Virus record (IMG/VR): IMGVR_UViG_3300013132_000043
From: an uncultured virus (IMG/VR IMGVR_UViG_3300013132_000043)
Taxonomy: Duplodnaviria; Heunggongvirae; Uroviricota; Caudoviricetes
Strand: one strand, 5' to 3'
Length of the DNA: 64,000 bases
Positions 46,428-57,073 of the stretch are shown piece after piece. The position numbers were made by a program, and so were the translations under genes. The stretch's first letter is position 1. Each line of letters opens with the position of its first letter. The notes under the pieces were generated by a model. The model ran no database searches, was not told where the DNA came from, and worked only from the letters and a program-made list of their open reading frames with translations.

Positions 46428-47276
46428 ATGTCTACATTTGATGCAGTTTTAGCTCAGTATGAGAAAAACAAACAAGCCGCTGGCGGCAGTTCAAACAAGG
46501 TTTCACAAGAAGACCGATTAAAGAAGTATTTCACCACCCTTTTACAAAAAGGTGCTCGTAGTGGTGAAAAACGTATTAGAATCCTCCCTACTTCAGATGG
46601 TGGTTCACCCTTTAAAGAGGTTTATTTCCATGAGGTTCAGGTGGATGGTAATTGGGTTAAACTATATGACCCAAAACAAGAGGGTAAACGTTCACCCCTA
46701 AACGAGGTGTACGATGCACTCAATATGACAGGACTTGAATCCGACAAGGTTCTTGCTCGTCAATACAGAGCTCGTAAGTTCTATATTGTAAAAGTTATCG
46801 ATAGAGAGAACGAACAGGATGGTGTTAAGTTCTGGCGTTTTAAACACAACAGTAAAGGTGAGGGAGTTCTCGATAAAATCTTCCCACTATTCAAAAACAA
46901 AGGTGATATCACCGATGTAAACATTGGTCGTGACCTTATCATTACTTTGGGATTAACCAAAGCCGGTAATGGTCGTGAATATACTACAATCACATCTATC
47001 ATCCCCGAAGACCAAAGTCCACTACACACAGATAAGGGTACTTCTGACTCATGGGTAAATGATGAATTGACATGGGCGGATGTATATTCTAAAAAACCTG
47101 AAGAATATCTCGAAATGGTTGCCAAAGGTGAAGTTCCAAAGTGGGATAGTGAAACCAAAAAATGGGTTTCTAATTCAGAAGAAAGCGGAACAATCATGTC
47201 TCCATCTTCAGCCACAACCACAAAACCCGTAGACCCACAAGAAAGTGATGATGCGGATGACGACCTTCCATTCTAA
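46428..47276 (+). CDS. Single-stranded DNA-binding protein (T4 gp32-like)
   Basis: IRILP....PF....FH, VIDR......KFW.F, GRDL and an acidic DDDLPF C-terminus. Confidence 0.85.
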   Translation: MSTFDAVLAQYEKNKQAAGGSSNKVSQEDRLKKYFTTLLQKGARSGEKRIRILPTSDGGSPFKEVYFHEVQVDGNWVKLYDPKQEGKRSPLNEVYDALNMTGLESDKVLARQYRARKFYIVKVIDRENEQDGVKFWRFKHNSKGEGVLDKIFPLFKNKGDITDVNIGRDLIITLGLTKAGNGREYTTITSIIPEDQSPLHTDKGTSDSWVNDELTWADVYSKKPEEYLEMVAKGEVPKWDSETKKWVSNSEESGTIMSPSSATTTKPVDPQESDDADDDLPF

Positions 47277-47287
47277 GAACAATATAC

Positions 47288-47332
47288 AGGGCGCTCTCTT
47301 GGACATTTTGTCCTTGAGAGTGGTCCTTTTTT
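47288..47332 (+). terminator. Long imperfect hairpin with U-tract between the SSB and recA genes
   Basis: AGGGCGCTCTC-tt-GGACA-ttt-TGTCC-tt-GAGAGTGGTCCT-TTTTT. Confidence 0.55.
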
Positions 47333-47344
47333 AAAAATATTAAT

Positions 47345-48376
47345 ATGGCTATTAAGAAAAAAGATTTTTCAATTTCGAGTATAACATCCAAGTACTCAAG
47401 TAAAATGACCTACAAACCTGATAGGTTTTTAGATTTGGGTGATGCGTTTTTGGATGCAACGGGTTTACCGGGTCCCGCTCTTGGACACATTAACATGTTC
47501 CTTGGTCACTCGGATACAGGTAAAACAACCGCATTATTGGCAGCAGCGGCGGACGCAATTAAAAAAGGTATTTTACCCATCTTCATTATTACGGAACAAA
47601 AGTTCAATTTTGAACACGCTGAGATTATGGGTGTTCCGGTTAAAGAAGATGTTAATTCCGATACGGGTGAAATTACTTTCACAGGTGATTTCATTTTCAG
47701 AAATGATTTCGAGTATATCGAACAAATTACTGACTTCATTAATGAAATGATTGATGCTCAAGAAAATGGTGAAATACCATATGACTTATTGTTCCTTTGG
47801 GATTCTGTTGGCTCTGTACCATGTAAGATGACTTGGGAAGGTAAGGGTGGTAAACAACACAACGCATCGGTTCTTTCTGATAAGATTGGTATGGGTATTA
47901 ACCAACGTATTTCAGGTTCAAGAAGAGCAGATAAGACACACACGAATACTCTTGTGATTGTAAATCAACCTTGGGTGGAACTTCCAAGTAACCCATATGA
48001 ACAACCAAAAATCAAAGCTAAAGGTGGTGAATCAGTATGGTTAAATTCAACATTGGTATTTCGATTTGGTAATGAAAAGAACGCAGGTGTAACCAAAATT
48101 CCAATCACCAAAAACAAAAGAACCATTACCATTGCAACAAGAAGTAAGATTACTGTGATGAAGAATCACGTTAATGGTATTCAGTTTGGTGATGGTAAAA
48201 TCATGGTTACCCCTCACGGATTCATGAGAGCAAAAGAACCGGCAGAAGAAAAGATTTCAAGGGAAAATTATATTAAGGAACACCTTGATTACATAAGTAA
48301 ACTATTCGGAGAATCGGTTACAAATGTTACAGATATTAAGTTTGAACCTATAGCTGAAGAAGATACTGAAGATTGA
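47345..48376 (+). CDS. recA: RecA/UvsX-like recombinase
   Basis: GHSDTGKTT Walker A, FLWDSVG Walker B, VIVNQ, KAKGG and KNH. Confidence 0.85.
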   Translation: MAIKKKDFSISSITSKYSSKMTYKPDRFLDLGDAFLDATGLPGPALGHINMFLGHSDTGKTTALLAAAADAIKKGILPIFIITEQKFNFEHAEIMGVPVKEDVNSDTGEITFTGDFIFRNDFEYIEQITDFINEMIDAQENGEIPYDLLFLWDSVGSVPCKMTWEGKGGKQHNASVLSDKIGMGINQRISGSRRADKTHTNTLVIVNQPWVELPSNPYEQPKIKAKGGESVWLNSTLVFRFGNEKNAGVTKIPITKNKRTITIATRSKITVMKNHVNGIQFGDGKIMVTPHGFMRAKEPAEEKISRENYIKEHLDYISKLFGESVTNVTDIKFEPIAEEDTED

Positions 48377-48413
48377 TATTGATATTGTTTAACGGATAAT
48401 TGCATAAGACGGA

Positions 48414-49433
48414 ATGTCTAATATTTTATTGGTTGATGGAGATAATTTATTAACCATTGGTTTTTTCGGATTAAAGAATCACTTTCACAAGGGTAATCAT
48501 ATTGGTGGATTATACCACTTCATCAATACTCTTAGAAGAGCTATTGAGACACATAGATTAGACAAGGTGGTAGTATTTTGGGATGGTAAAGAAGGTTCAT
48601 CATCTCGCAGAAGATACTACCACCAATACAAAGAGAATAGAAGAGAAAGAATTAGAAGTGAGGAACAAGTCCATGCATACGGACAACAACGAAATAGGGT
48701 AAAACAATACCTTGAGGAGTTGTTTGTGAGACAGGGAGAGTACGACTATTGTGAAACAGATGATTCCATAGCGTATTATGTTCAAAACTCCAAAGAAAGT
48801 ATAATCATATTCTCATCTGACGGAGACCTCACCCAACTTGTATCCGAGAACACAAGACTATTCAATCCTGCACATAGTCGAATGTATCAACCTAACGATA
48901 TGTTTGTCTATGACCACGAGGAGATTCGAATAGAGAACATCAAAATTGTAAAGATGTTATGTGGCGACCCCTCTGATAATATTGCAGGTATAAAGAATCT
49001 TGGTGTCAGAAGACTTCTCACTATGGTTCCCGAACTAAAGACTGAGGGAATTACATTAGACTTCATTAGAGACCGATTTAACACCTTATTTGAGGAAGAC
49101 AAGGATAATCGTCTTGTTACTAATCTCCTAACGGGAGTGACCAAACATGGGGTGTTGGGAGAGGAATTTTTTGATGTCAATAGTAGAATTGTGAGTCTTG
49201 ATGAACCATTCCTGACGGATGAGTCGAAGGAGTCGATTATTTCCTTAATAAACGACCGATTAGACCCTGAAGGACGTTCATATAAGAATATGATGAAAAT
49301 GTTGACAGAAGACGGAATATTTCTTCTCCTTCCCAAATCAGATGACGCATGGATAAACTTCTTAAACCCCTTTTTAAGATTAACAAGAAAAGAAAAAAAT
49401 AAAAAAATAATTAAAATAAAAACCAATGACTAA
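48414..49433 (+). CDS. 5'-3' exonuclease / flap endonuclease (T4 RNase H-like)
   Basis: LLVDGDNL, VVFWDG, YKENR, ETDD, SSDGDLTQL and GDPSDNIAGIKNLG. Confidence 0.9.
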   Translation: MSNILLVDGDNLLTIGFFGLKNHFHKGNHIGGLYHFINTLRRAIETHRLDKVVVFWDGKEGSSSRRRYYHQYKENRRERIRSEEQVHAYGQQRNRVKQYLEELFVRQGEYDYCETDDSIAYYVQNSKESIIIFSSDGDLTQLVSENTRLFNPAHSRMYQPNDMFVYDHEEIRIENIKIVKMLCGDPSDNIAGIKNLGVRRLLTMVPELKTEGITLDFIRDRFNTLFEEDKDNRLVTNLLTGVTKHGVLGEEFFDVNSRIVSLDEPFLTDESKESIISLINDRLDPEGRSYKNMMKMLTEDGIFLLLPKSDDAWINFLNPFLRLTRKEKNKKIIKIKTND

Positions 49434-49869
49434 TCAAGATGTAACTAAATTCGAATTCCTTTTAACCCTTGAAGGAAACATTATTTGCCAACGTTATTTT
49501 AATGTCAAGGGTCATAATCCAAAATCTCGTCGTTCACTTAATATGCACTATTATGTGAAAAATATTTGTGACGAAATTTTTGAAGATTTAAAAATAAAAA
49601 CTTCGGACTATCTCTACGAAAATCGTGAATATTTTTATGGTTTGGGAGCTGCAGAAGCTACGGAAGATACCGCTAAAGAAACTTTTTTGTTGGAAATTAA
49701 GATAGGAGACGATGTATTTATTCAAAGAGTGTTTCCCGCGTATCTGTTTCATCCAAAAACAAGATATACGGTGGACATTCGTCCCCATCTGAAGAGATAT
49801 TTGGCGGAGTTAAATGCTATTTTATCATCCGAAGAATTGGAAACAACATACTTAAACTATCAATTATAA
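49426..49869 (+). CDS. Hypothetical protein in the replication operon
   Basis: 147 aa ORF coupled between the exonuclease and helicase genes. Confidence 0.7.
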   Translation: MTNQDVTKFEFLLTLEGNIICQRYFNVKGHNPKSRRSLNMHYYVKNICDEIFEDLKIKTSDYLYENREYFYGLGAAEATEDTAKETFLLEIKIGDDVFIQRVFPAYLFHPKTRYTVDIRPHLKRYLAELNAILSSEELETTYLNYQL

Positions 49870-49887
49870 AAAAATAATATATATACA

Positions 49888-51261
49888 ATGAGTGAAAAGA
49901 ATTTTGGTACGTTAGGAACGTCATTTCAACAAGCATTATTAAGGTCAATTATAGAGGATAAAAAATATGGAGAACAAATTATCGATGTAATCGAAAGCAA
50001 ATATTTCGACAACGTATCGTTCAAATTCATTTCAGAACACATTAAAGAATATTATAAGAAGTACAGCAAATTGCCAAACTATGAGAGTTTGGCTCTGAAA
50101 ATTATTTCAGAGATGGGGTCTAAAGAGAACGCTAGAATTCACTTAGATACACTTGAGGCCATCAAAACAAATATACAAGATGGTTCTCTTGTTAAGGATG
50201 AAGCATTGAATTTCTGTAAACAACAGAACCTAAAGAAGGAATTAAAGAAAATCAATTCCATCATCGAAAACGGGGCATTCCAAGACTATCCAAAGATTGA
50301 AACTATTATTCAGAAGGCAATGCAAGTAGGACTTCCTCCTGAAGAATCAATGGACGTATTTCATGATATTGATGCCACTTTAGAAAAGGATAACAGACAA
50401 GCAATTCCAACAGGAATTACGGGTGTTGATAATGTTCTTAAAGGTGGTTTAGGTAGGGGTGAACTTGGGGTTGTACTTGCACCTACCGGAACAGGTAAAA
50501 CAACATTATTAACACTTTTCTCAAATACGGCATACAACCATAATTTTAACGTACTTCAAATATTCTTCGAGGACAATCCCTCAAATATCAAAAGAAAACA
50601 CTTTACCCTTTGGACAGGAATTGAGCCAGATGCTCAACCTGAAAGAAAAGAAGAGGTTAAGAAAATTATTGAGGAAATTAAAGAAGTAAAAACAGGTTCA
50701 CTTAGTACAATGAAGTTACCAAGCGACTCTGTCACTATTTCTGAAATTAAATCAAGAATAAGAAAACACTTGTCTGATGGTAAAAAGTTAGACCTTTTGG
50801 TAATTGATTACGTGGATTGTATATCACCAGAAAGAAGTACTTTCGGTGAAGAATGGAAAGGTGAGGGTTCTGTTATGAGAAGTCTTGAGGCTATGACCGG
50901 TGAATTTGATATTGCGATATGGACAGCAACTCAAGGAAATAGAGAATCAATCTCATCTGAAGTAGTTACCACCGACCAAATGGGTGGGTCAATCAAAAAA
51001 GCTCAGATTGGTCACGTTGTATTATCCATTGGTAAAACACTTGAACAAAAAGAACACAACTTGGCCACAATGACACTTCTTAAATCGCGTATTGGTCAGG
51101 ATGGTATTATTTGGAATAACTGCAAGTTTGATAACAGATATCTACAAATCGATACTGAAACTCAAACAACACTTCTTGGTCATCAGGAAGAAAAAGTGAA
51201 AACAAATACCAATAGGGCGGCTGAAGCATTTAAGAGACGACAAGAGTTACTTAATCGTTAA
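49888..51261 (+). CDS. dnaB: Replicative DNA helicase (DnaB/gp41-like)
   Basis: GGLGRGELGVVLAPTGTGKT, VIDYVD, WTATQGNR and KSR.G. Confidence 0.9.
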   Translation: MSEKNFGTLGTSFQQALLRSIIEDKKYGEQIIDVIESKYFDNVSFKFISEHIKEYYKKYSKLPNYESLALKIISEMGSKENARIHLDTLEAIKTNIQDGSLVKDEALNFCKQQNLKKELKKINSIIENGAFQDYPKIETIIQKAMQVGLPPEESMDVFHDIDATLEKDNRQAIPTGITGVDNVLKGGLGRGELGVVLAPTGTGKTTLLTLFSNTAYNHNFNVLQIFFEDNPSNIKRKHFTLWTGIEPDAQPERKEEVKKIIEEIKEVKTGSLSTMKLPSDSVTISEIKSRIRKHLSDGKKLDLLVIDYVDCISPERSTFGEEWKGEGSVMRSLEAMTGEFDIAIWTATQGNRESISSEVVTTDQMGGSIKKAQIGHVVLSIGKTLEQKEHNLATMTLLKSRIGQDGIIWNNCKFDNRYLQIDTETQTTLLGHQEEKVKTNTNRAAEAFKRRQELLNR

Positions 51262-51278
51262 TCCTAAAAATTTAATAA

Positions 51279-52253
51279 ATGAAAGAGAAGATTTTACAAG
51301 AAAATCCGGGTCGTTTTGTCCTCTTCCCAATCAAACACAACGACATTTGGAAGTTATATAAGCAACAAGAAGCATGTTTTTGGACGGCTGAGGAAATTGA
51401 TTTAGCACAAGACATAAATGACTGGGAAAACAAATTAAATGACGATGAACAACATTTTGTTAAACACGTTTTGGCGTTCTTTGCGGCATCAGATGGAATC
51501 GTAAATGAAAACTTAGCAATGAACTTTGTTAACGAAGTTCAATTCACAGAGGCTAAGATGTTTTATGGATTTCAAATCATGATGGAAAACATTCATAGTG
51601 AAACCTATTCACTTTTGATTGACACATATATCAAAAATAAAGAAGAACAGAATCGTTTATTTAATGCGATTGAAACTGTACCTGCTATCAAGAAAAAAGC
51701 TGAATGGGCAATTAAGTGGATTGGCTCTGAATCATTTGTTGAACGTCTCATTGCTTTTGCCGCGGTTGAAGGTATTTTCTTTTCAGGTTCATTCTGTTCT
51801 ATCTTCTGGCTTAAAAAACGTGGACTAATGCCAGGTTTAACGTTCTCAAACGAGTTAATTTCTCGTGATGAGGGAATGCATTGTGACTTTGCCTGTCATT
51901 TGTATAATAATCATATACAAAAGAAACTTACACAGACTAAAATAAAAGAAATCATCTGTGGTGCATTGGAGATTGAAAAAGAGTTTATTCTTGAGGCACT
52001 ACCAGTTCGTTTAATTGGTATGAATTCAGATTTGATGTCTCAGTACTTGGAGTTTGTTACCGACAGATTATTAATGTCTTTGGGCGTACCTAAAGTATAC
52101 AACTCAAACAACCCATTTGATTTCATGGAAAACATCGCAATTCAAGGTAAAACAAATTTCTTTGAAAAAAGAGTTGCTGAATATCAAAAAGCGGGTGTTG
52201 CAACGACATCGTCTATTGAAGACATAACAAACATTGATGACATTGATTTTTAA
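51279..52253 (+). CDS. nrdB: Ribonucleotide reductase class Ia beta subunit
   Basis: [38 protein letters not shown] and SRDEGMH. Confidence 0.97.
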   Translation: MKEKILQENPGRFVLFPIKHNDIWKLYKQQEACFWTAEEIDLAQDINDWENKLNDDEQHFVKHVLAFFAASDGIVNENLAMNFVNEVQFTEAKMFYGFQIMMENIHSETYSLLIDTYIKNKEEQNRLFNAIETVPAIKKKAEWAIKWIGSESFVERLIAFAAVEGIFFSGSFCSIFWLKKRGLMPGLTFSNELISRDEGMHCDFACHLYNNHIQKKLTQTKIKEIICGALEIEKEFILEALPVRLIGMNSDLMSQYLEFVTDRLLMSLGVPKVYNSNNPFDFMENIAIQGKTNFFEKRVAEYQKAGVATTSSIEDITNIDDIDF

Positions 52254-52264
52254 TTGTTTAGAAA

Positions 52265-54700
52265 ATGAAAGTTAAAAAAAGAGACGGCTCCTTTGAGGAG
52301 ATGCGATATGATAAAATCACAAGAAGAATGCAATATTTCTGTGATAATTTGAATATAGAATATATTGACCCAACACTTGTTACCTTAAAAGTAACTCAAG
52401 GAATTTACGATGGTATATCGACAGTAGAATTAGATATTCTTGCTGCCGAGACTGCTGCATCTCTTGTTACCACACATCCCGATTATGCTAAATTAGCCGG
52501 TAGACTCGCGGTATCAAATCTCCATAAAACAACCCCAAAGAAATTTTCTCAATGTATTAAAGAATTACATTCTTTTAATGAACCAAAAACAGGTAAAGAA
52601 TCATCTTTGATTGATGATGATGTGGCAAAATTTGTCCATCAAAATAGAGAAGCATTAGATGGTGCAATTAGACAAGAAAGAGATTTAGATTTTGATTATT
52701 TCGGATTTAAAACTTTGGAGCGTTCATATCTTTTAAAAATTGGTAAACGTATTGTTGAAAGACCACAATACATGTACATGAGAGTTGCTGTTGGTATTTG
52801 TAATGGTGATTTAGAAATGGCATTAAGAATTTATGACGACCTTTCTCAACACTTCTATACACACGCAACCCCAACGTTATTCAATGCCGGTACTCGTAGA
52901 CCACAAATGTCTTCTTGTTTCCTAATTGGTAATAAAGGTGACGATATCGATGGTTTGTTCGACACAATTAAAGACGTTGCTAAAATTTCCAAATGGGCTG
53001 GTGGAATTGGTTTACACGTTCACGATGTTAGAGCTAAAGGTTCATACATTAAAGGAACAGGTGGTGAATCCGATGGATTACTTCCGATGATGAAAACTTA
53101 TAATGAGGTTGCTCGTTGGATTAATCAGGGAGGAAAAAGAAAAGGTTCATTCGCCATTTATCTTGAACCATGGCACTCAGATGTTTTTGAATTTATCGAT
53201 TTAAGAAAAAATCATGGTAAAGAAGAACTACGAGCGAGAGATTTATTCTTGGCGATGTGGACCCCAAGTTTATTCATGAAAAGAGTTGAAGAAGATGGTG
53301 ATTGGTCATTATTCTCACCTGATGAGGCACCTGGTTTATCTGACGCATATGATGACCCATTTGCATTTACTCAAGAATTTACCGAATTGTATGAAAGATA
53401 TGAGAAAGAAGGAAGGGCGAGAAAAGTTGTAAAGGCGAGAAAACTAATGGACGCAATCTTGACTGCACAAATTGAAACGGGTACGCCATATATGTTATAT
53501 AAGGACCCCGCAAATTACAAATCAAATCAAAAGAATTTAGGCACAATAAAATCTTCAAATTTATGTACTGAGATTATTGAATACTCAAGTCCAACAGAAC
53601 AAGCGGTCTGTAATTTATCGTCCATTGCATTACCAAAATATATTATTGATGGTGAATTTAGTCACCAACTCCTATATGAGTACACATATCAAGTGGTAAA
53701 GAATTTAAACAATGTGATTGATTTAAACTTCTACCCAACTGAAGAAACAAAACTTTCAAACATGAGACACCGACCTGTTGGTTTAGGTGTACAGGGATTG
53801 GCGGATGTATTCTGTATGTTATCAATTCCATTTGAAAGTGACGAAGCTGATAAACTACAAACTGATATTTTTGAAACCATTTACTACGCTGCACTTGTTT
53901 CGTCAAAAGACATTGCAAAAGAAAATGGGTCGTATGAAAGCTTTCAAGGTTCACCATTATCTGAAGGTATTTTTCAATATCAATTGTGGGGTAAAACCGA
54001 TAAAGACACAAGTGGTCGTTGGGATTGGAAATCTCTGAGAAAAGAGGTTGTTAAATTTGGTGTTAGAAACTCATTATTAGTTGCCCCAATGCCAACCGCA
54101 TCTACCGCACAAATCTTGGGTAACAACGAAGCGTTTGAACCATTTACTTCAAACCTATTCTCAAGAAGAACACTTGGTGGTGAATTTATTGTGGTCAACA
54201 AGCACTTGGTTAAAGTACTACTTGAAAGAAAGATATGGTCAGACGATATTAAGAAGAAACTAATCATGGAAAATGGTTCAGTTCAAAATATTCCTGAAAT
54301 CCCAACTGATATAAAAGAAGTGTTCAAGACTGTTTGGGAAATGTCTCAGAAGAGGATTTTAACTATGGCTGCCAATCGTTCAATCTATATTGACCAATCA
54401 CAATCATTAAATTTATTTATCGATAATGCTAGTAAACAAAAAGTATTAGCGGCACACCTTTATGGTTGGAAACTTGGTTTAAAAACTGGTATGTATTACC
54501 TAAGAACAAGAGCGGCTGTTGACCCTCTAAAAGGACTTGGCATCGATACTTCGACAGTGAAACCTGTGGTTGAGTCTATCGAAGTATCAACCACTAATAA
54601 TTTTATTCAGGACACATCCGAAGAAATTAAAATGACTGAAATGGTAACCATTTCCAAACCAACAGACTCACCATTTGAATGTGAGGGTTGTGGTTCCTAA
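52265..54700 (+). CDS. nrdA: Ribonucleotide reductase class Ia alpha subunit with ATP cone
   Basis: VKKRDG ATP cone, TPTLFNAG, SSCF, SNLCTEI, APMPTAST, KTGMYYLR and C-terminal CEGCGS. Confidence 0.97.
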   Translation: MKVKKRDGSFEEMRYDKITRRMQYFCDNLNIEYIDPTLVTLKVTQGIYDGISTVELDILAAETAASLVTTHPDYAKLAGRLAVSNLHKTTPKKFSQCIKELHSFNEPKTGKESSLIDDDVAKFVHQNREALDGAIRQERDLDFDYFGFKTLERSYLLKIGKRIVERPQYMYMRVAVGICNGDLEMALRIYDDLSQHFYTHATPTLFNAGTRRPQMSSCFLIGNKGDDIDGLFDTIKDVAKISKWAGGIGLHVHDVRAKGSYIKGTGGESDGLLPMMKTYNEVARWINQGGKRKGSFAIYLEPWHSDVFEFIDLRKNHGKEELRARDLFLAMWTPSLFMKRVEEDGDWSLFSPDEAPGLSDAYDDPFAFTQEFTELYERYEKEGRARKVVKARKLMDAILTAQIETGTPYMLYKDPANYKSNQKNLGTIKSSNLCTEIIEYSSPTEQAVCNLSSIALPKYIIDGEFSHQLLYEYTYQVVKNLNNVIDLNFYPTEETKLSNMRHRPVGLGVQGLADVFCMLSIPFESDEADKLQTDIFETIYYAALVSSKDIAKENGSYESFQGSPLSEGIFQYQLWGKTDKDTSGRWDWKSLRKEVVKFGVRNSLLVAPMPTASTAQILGNNEAFEPFTSNLFSRRTLGGEFIVVNKHLVKVLLERKIWSDDIKKKLIMENGSVQNIPEIPTDIKEVFKTVWEMSQKRILTMAANRSIYIDQSQSLNLFIDNASKQKVLAAHLYGWKLGLKTGMYYLRTRAAVDPLKGLGIDTSTVKPVVESIEVSTTNNFIQDTSEEIKMTEMVTISKPTDSPFECEGCGS

Positions 54701-54724
54701 AATATTTCACCGAAATATAGTGTT

Positions 54725-54746
54725 AATCCCGACTTCGGTCGGGATT
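54725..54746 (+). terminator. Hairpin with C(UUCG)G tetraloop after nrdA
   Basis: AATCCCGAC-TTCG-GTCGGGATT. The U-tract is weak. Confidence 0.7.
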
Positions 54747-54786
54747 CTCATTTATTAGTATTTCTTGTTTGTTTATATTTATTTGT

Positions 54787-55239
54787 ATGGCAGCAACGTA
54801 TGGTATAGATTTTCCATTTAGAGAGAGTAGGAAGGGATTGTTTCTTAATATGACAGAAGCTCCTGATAGAGAAATCAGAGCTAATTTGTTACATCTTATT
54901 TTAACAAGAAGAGGTACTCGATATTATTTACCTGACTTTGGAACAAGACTATACGAGTTCATATTTGAACCAAATGACGCTGTTACATTCCAAATGATTG
55001 AGGACGAAATAAGAACAACAGTTAAAAAGTTTATTCCAAATCTCGATATAAATTCAATAAGAATAACTCCAGCAGACCAAGATACTGAAGAACCATCAAG
55101 TGTAAGTGAGGATTCAGATTCAAGATTGTTCAGGGTATCAAATAATGCCGCAAAACCATACACTGCGAAAGTTAGAATTGATTACGAGATTAATAATGAA
55201 CCATTTAGTTCTTCTGACTTTATAATTATTAACATATAA
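54787..55239 (+). CDS. Baseplate wedge protein (gp25-like)
   Basis: GIDFPF, I..NL..LILTRRG.R...PDFGT.L...IFEP. ATG 54787 sits 4 nt after TATTTAT. Confidence 0.9.
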   Translation: MAATYGIDFPFRESRKGLFLNMTEAPDREIRANLLHLILTRRGTRYYLPDFGTRLYEFIFEPNDAVTFQMIEDEIRTTVKKFIPNLDINSIRITPADQDTEEPSSVSEDSDSRLFRVSNNAAKPYTAKVRIDYEINNEPFSSSDFIIINI

Positions 55240-55240
55240 C

Positions 55241-57073
55241 ATGGGAAAAAAGATTTCATACGCAACAAGAGACTTTGCAGGTTTGAGACAAGAATTAGTA
55301 AACCTAACAAAGGAATACTATCCTGACTTAGTTAAGAATACGAATGACGCATCAATTTATTCTGTACTATTAGATTTAAATGCTGCGGTTACTGATAACC
55401 TACATTACCATATCGATAGAGTGTGGCAAGAGACTATGTTGGACTTTGCACAACAAAGACAATCTCTCTTCCATATTGCAAAAACATATGGTATTAGACT
55501 CCCAGGTACAAGACCATCAGTTGCGTTATGTGATTTTAGTGTAAACGTACCTGTCAGAGGTGATAAAGAAGATGAACGTTATTTGGGTACGATTAAAGCG
55601 GGTGCTCAAATTAGTGGTGGAGGACAAGTATTTGAAGCTATCGAGGATATTGATTTCTCAAATCCTTTTAATAGTAAAGGAGAACCAAATAGATTGAAGA
55701 TTCCTAATTTTGATGGTAACAATCGTTTAATATCGTATACTATTGTAAAAAGAGAAGCGGTCGTTAATGGTGTATCAAGAATTTACAGAAAAGTAATTAC
55801 TGAATTAGACCAAAAACCATTCTTAAAACTTTACCTACCCGAACAAAATGTTTTGGGTGTAACATCAATTATACACAAAGATGGTACCTCTTTTGCCGGT
55901 AATCCATCAAACTCAGAATTTTTAGACCCAACAAATAAGTGGTATGAAGTTAAATCTTTAATGCAAGATAAAGTATTCGTACCCGATTCGACAAATGCAT
56001 CCGACAGAGATAATTTTACCGCGGGAAAATACGTTAGTGTTGCTAATAAATTTATTACAGAATACACACCCGAGGGTTATTTTTCCGTAACATTTGGAAG
56101 TGGTAATGTTGACCCAATGGACAACTTAGATGACTACATGAACGGGTCATTGAAAGTTAATCTTGGAACATATCTAAATAACATGTCTTTAGGTGCGTTA
56201 CCAAAAGTCGGTACAACATTATTCATAAAATATAGAATAGGTGGTGGTAAAGACACAAACATTGGTGTAGATGTTATTACAAGTGTTGATGATGTTGATT
56301 TTGTAATTAATGGACCAAATTCGTCTATTAATACTCAGGTTACCCAATCACTAATTGTAACAAACGTTACGCCAGCAATTGGAGGTGCGGACCAACCAAC
56401 AATTGAAGAAATCAGAAACATGATTGCTTACAATTTTGCGGCACAAAACAGAGCGGTTACCTTAAACGATTATAAATCATTGATTGAGACAATGCCATCT
56501 ACATATGGTGCGCCAGCAAAAGTAAATGTGATGGAAGAAGATAACAAAGTGAAAATCAAGTTGTTATCTTATGATGAGAATGGTAATCTTTCAGATACAG
56601 TATCTACTACACTAAAGAGTAACATTTTAAATTATTTGTCTGAATACAGAATGATTAATGACTACGTTGACATTGAGAGCGGTCAGGTAATTGATTTAGG
56701 ATTAGAGATAGATTTGGTTATTGATAAAAACGGAAATCAAACTGAGATTATAAGAAATAGTATTGAAGATATTATTGACTATTTCGCCATTGAAAAAAGA
56801 AAAATGGGAGACCCCTTACTTGTGGGTGATTTAAATAGATTAATCGGTCAAGTTACGGGTGTGGTAAATGTTGTTGACGTTAGAGTATTTAACCTAACAG
56901 GGGGTGAATATTCAAGTGCAGAAGTGGCACAAGATTATTCAGACCCAACTACTAAACAAATCTTACAATCTGATATGACAATTTATATGAAATCCAATCA
57001 GATATTTCAGATTAGATTCCCAAATAAAGATGTCAAAATTAGAGTAAGAACTCTCGGTTCGACTACATTCTAA
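55241..57073 (+). CDS. Baseplate wedge protein (gp6 / baseplate J-like)
   Basis: RDF..LR..L, YRIGGG, GGAD...IEEIR and QNRAVTLNDY. Confidence 0.9.
   Translation: MGKKISYATRDFAGLRQELVNLTKEYYPDLVKNTNDASIYSVLLDLNAAVTDNLHYHIDRVWQETMLDFAQQRQSLFHIAKTYGIRLPGTRPSVALCDFSVNVPVRGDKEDERYLGTIKAGAQISGGGQVFEAIEDIDFSNPFNSKGEPNRLKIPNFDGNNRLISYTIVKREAVVNGVSRIYRKVITELDQKPFLKLYLPEQNVLGVTSIIHKDGTSFAGNPSNSEFLDPTNKWYEVKSLMQDKVFVPDSTNASDRDNFTAGKYVSVANKFITEYTPEGYFSVTFGSGNVDPMDNLDDYMNGSLKVNLGTYLNNMSLGALPKVGTTLFIKYRIGGGKDTNIGVDVITSVDDVDFVINGPNSSINTQVTQSLIVTNVTPAIGGADQPTIEEIRNMIAYNFAAQNRAVTLNDYKSLIETMPSTYGAPAKVNVMEEDNKVKIKLLSYDENGNLSDTVSTTLKSNILNYLSEYRMINDYVDIESGQVIDLGLEIDLVIDKNGNQTEIIRNSIEDIIDYFAIEKRKMGDPLLVGDLNRLIGQVTGVVNVVDVRVFNLTGGEYSSAEVAQDYSDPTTKQILQSDMTIYMKSNQIFQIRFPNKDVKIRVRTLGSTTF

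Noticed and set aside
18553..54700. Introns or inteins in polB, helicases, recA and nrdA
   Set aside because: The ORFs are continuous with normal lengths and show no intein or homing-endonuclease motifs.
51279..54700. Eukaryotic giant virus origin suggested by eukaryote-like NrdAB, PolB and SNF2
   Set aside because: Contractile tail, neck, baseplate genes, a gp55-like sigma and bacterial promoters and terminators identify a tailed bacteriophage.
27639..57073. Bacterial contractile injection system (eCIS or tailocin) instead of a phage
   Set aside because: Neck proteins and a full phage replication set are interleaved, and there are no host housekeeping genes.
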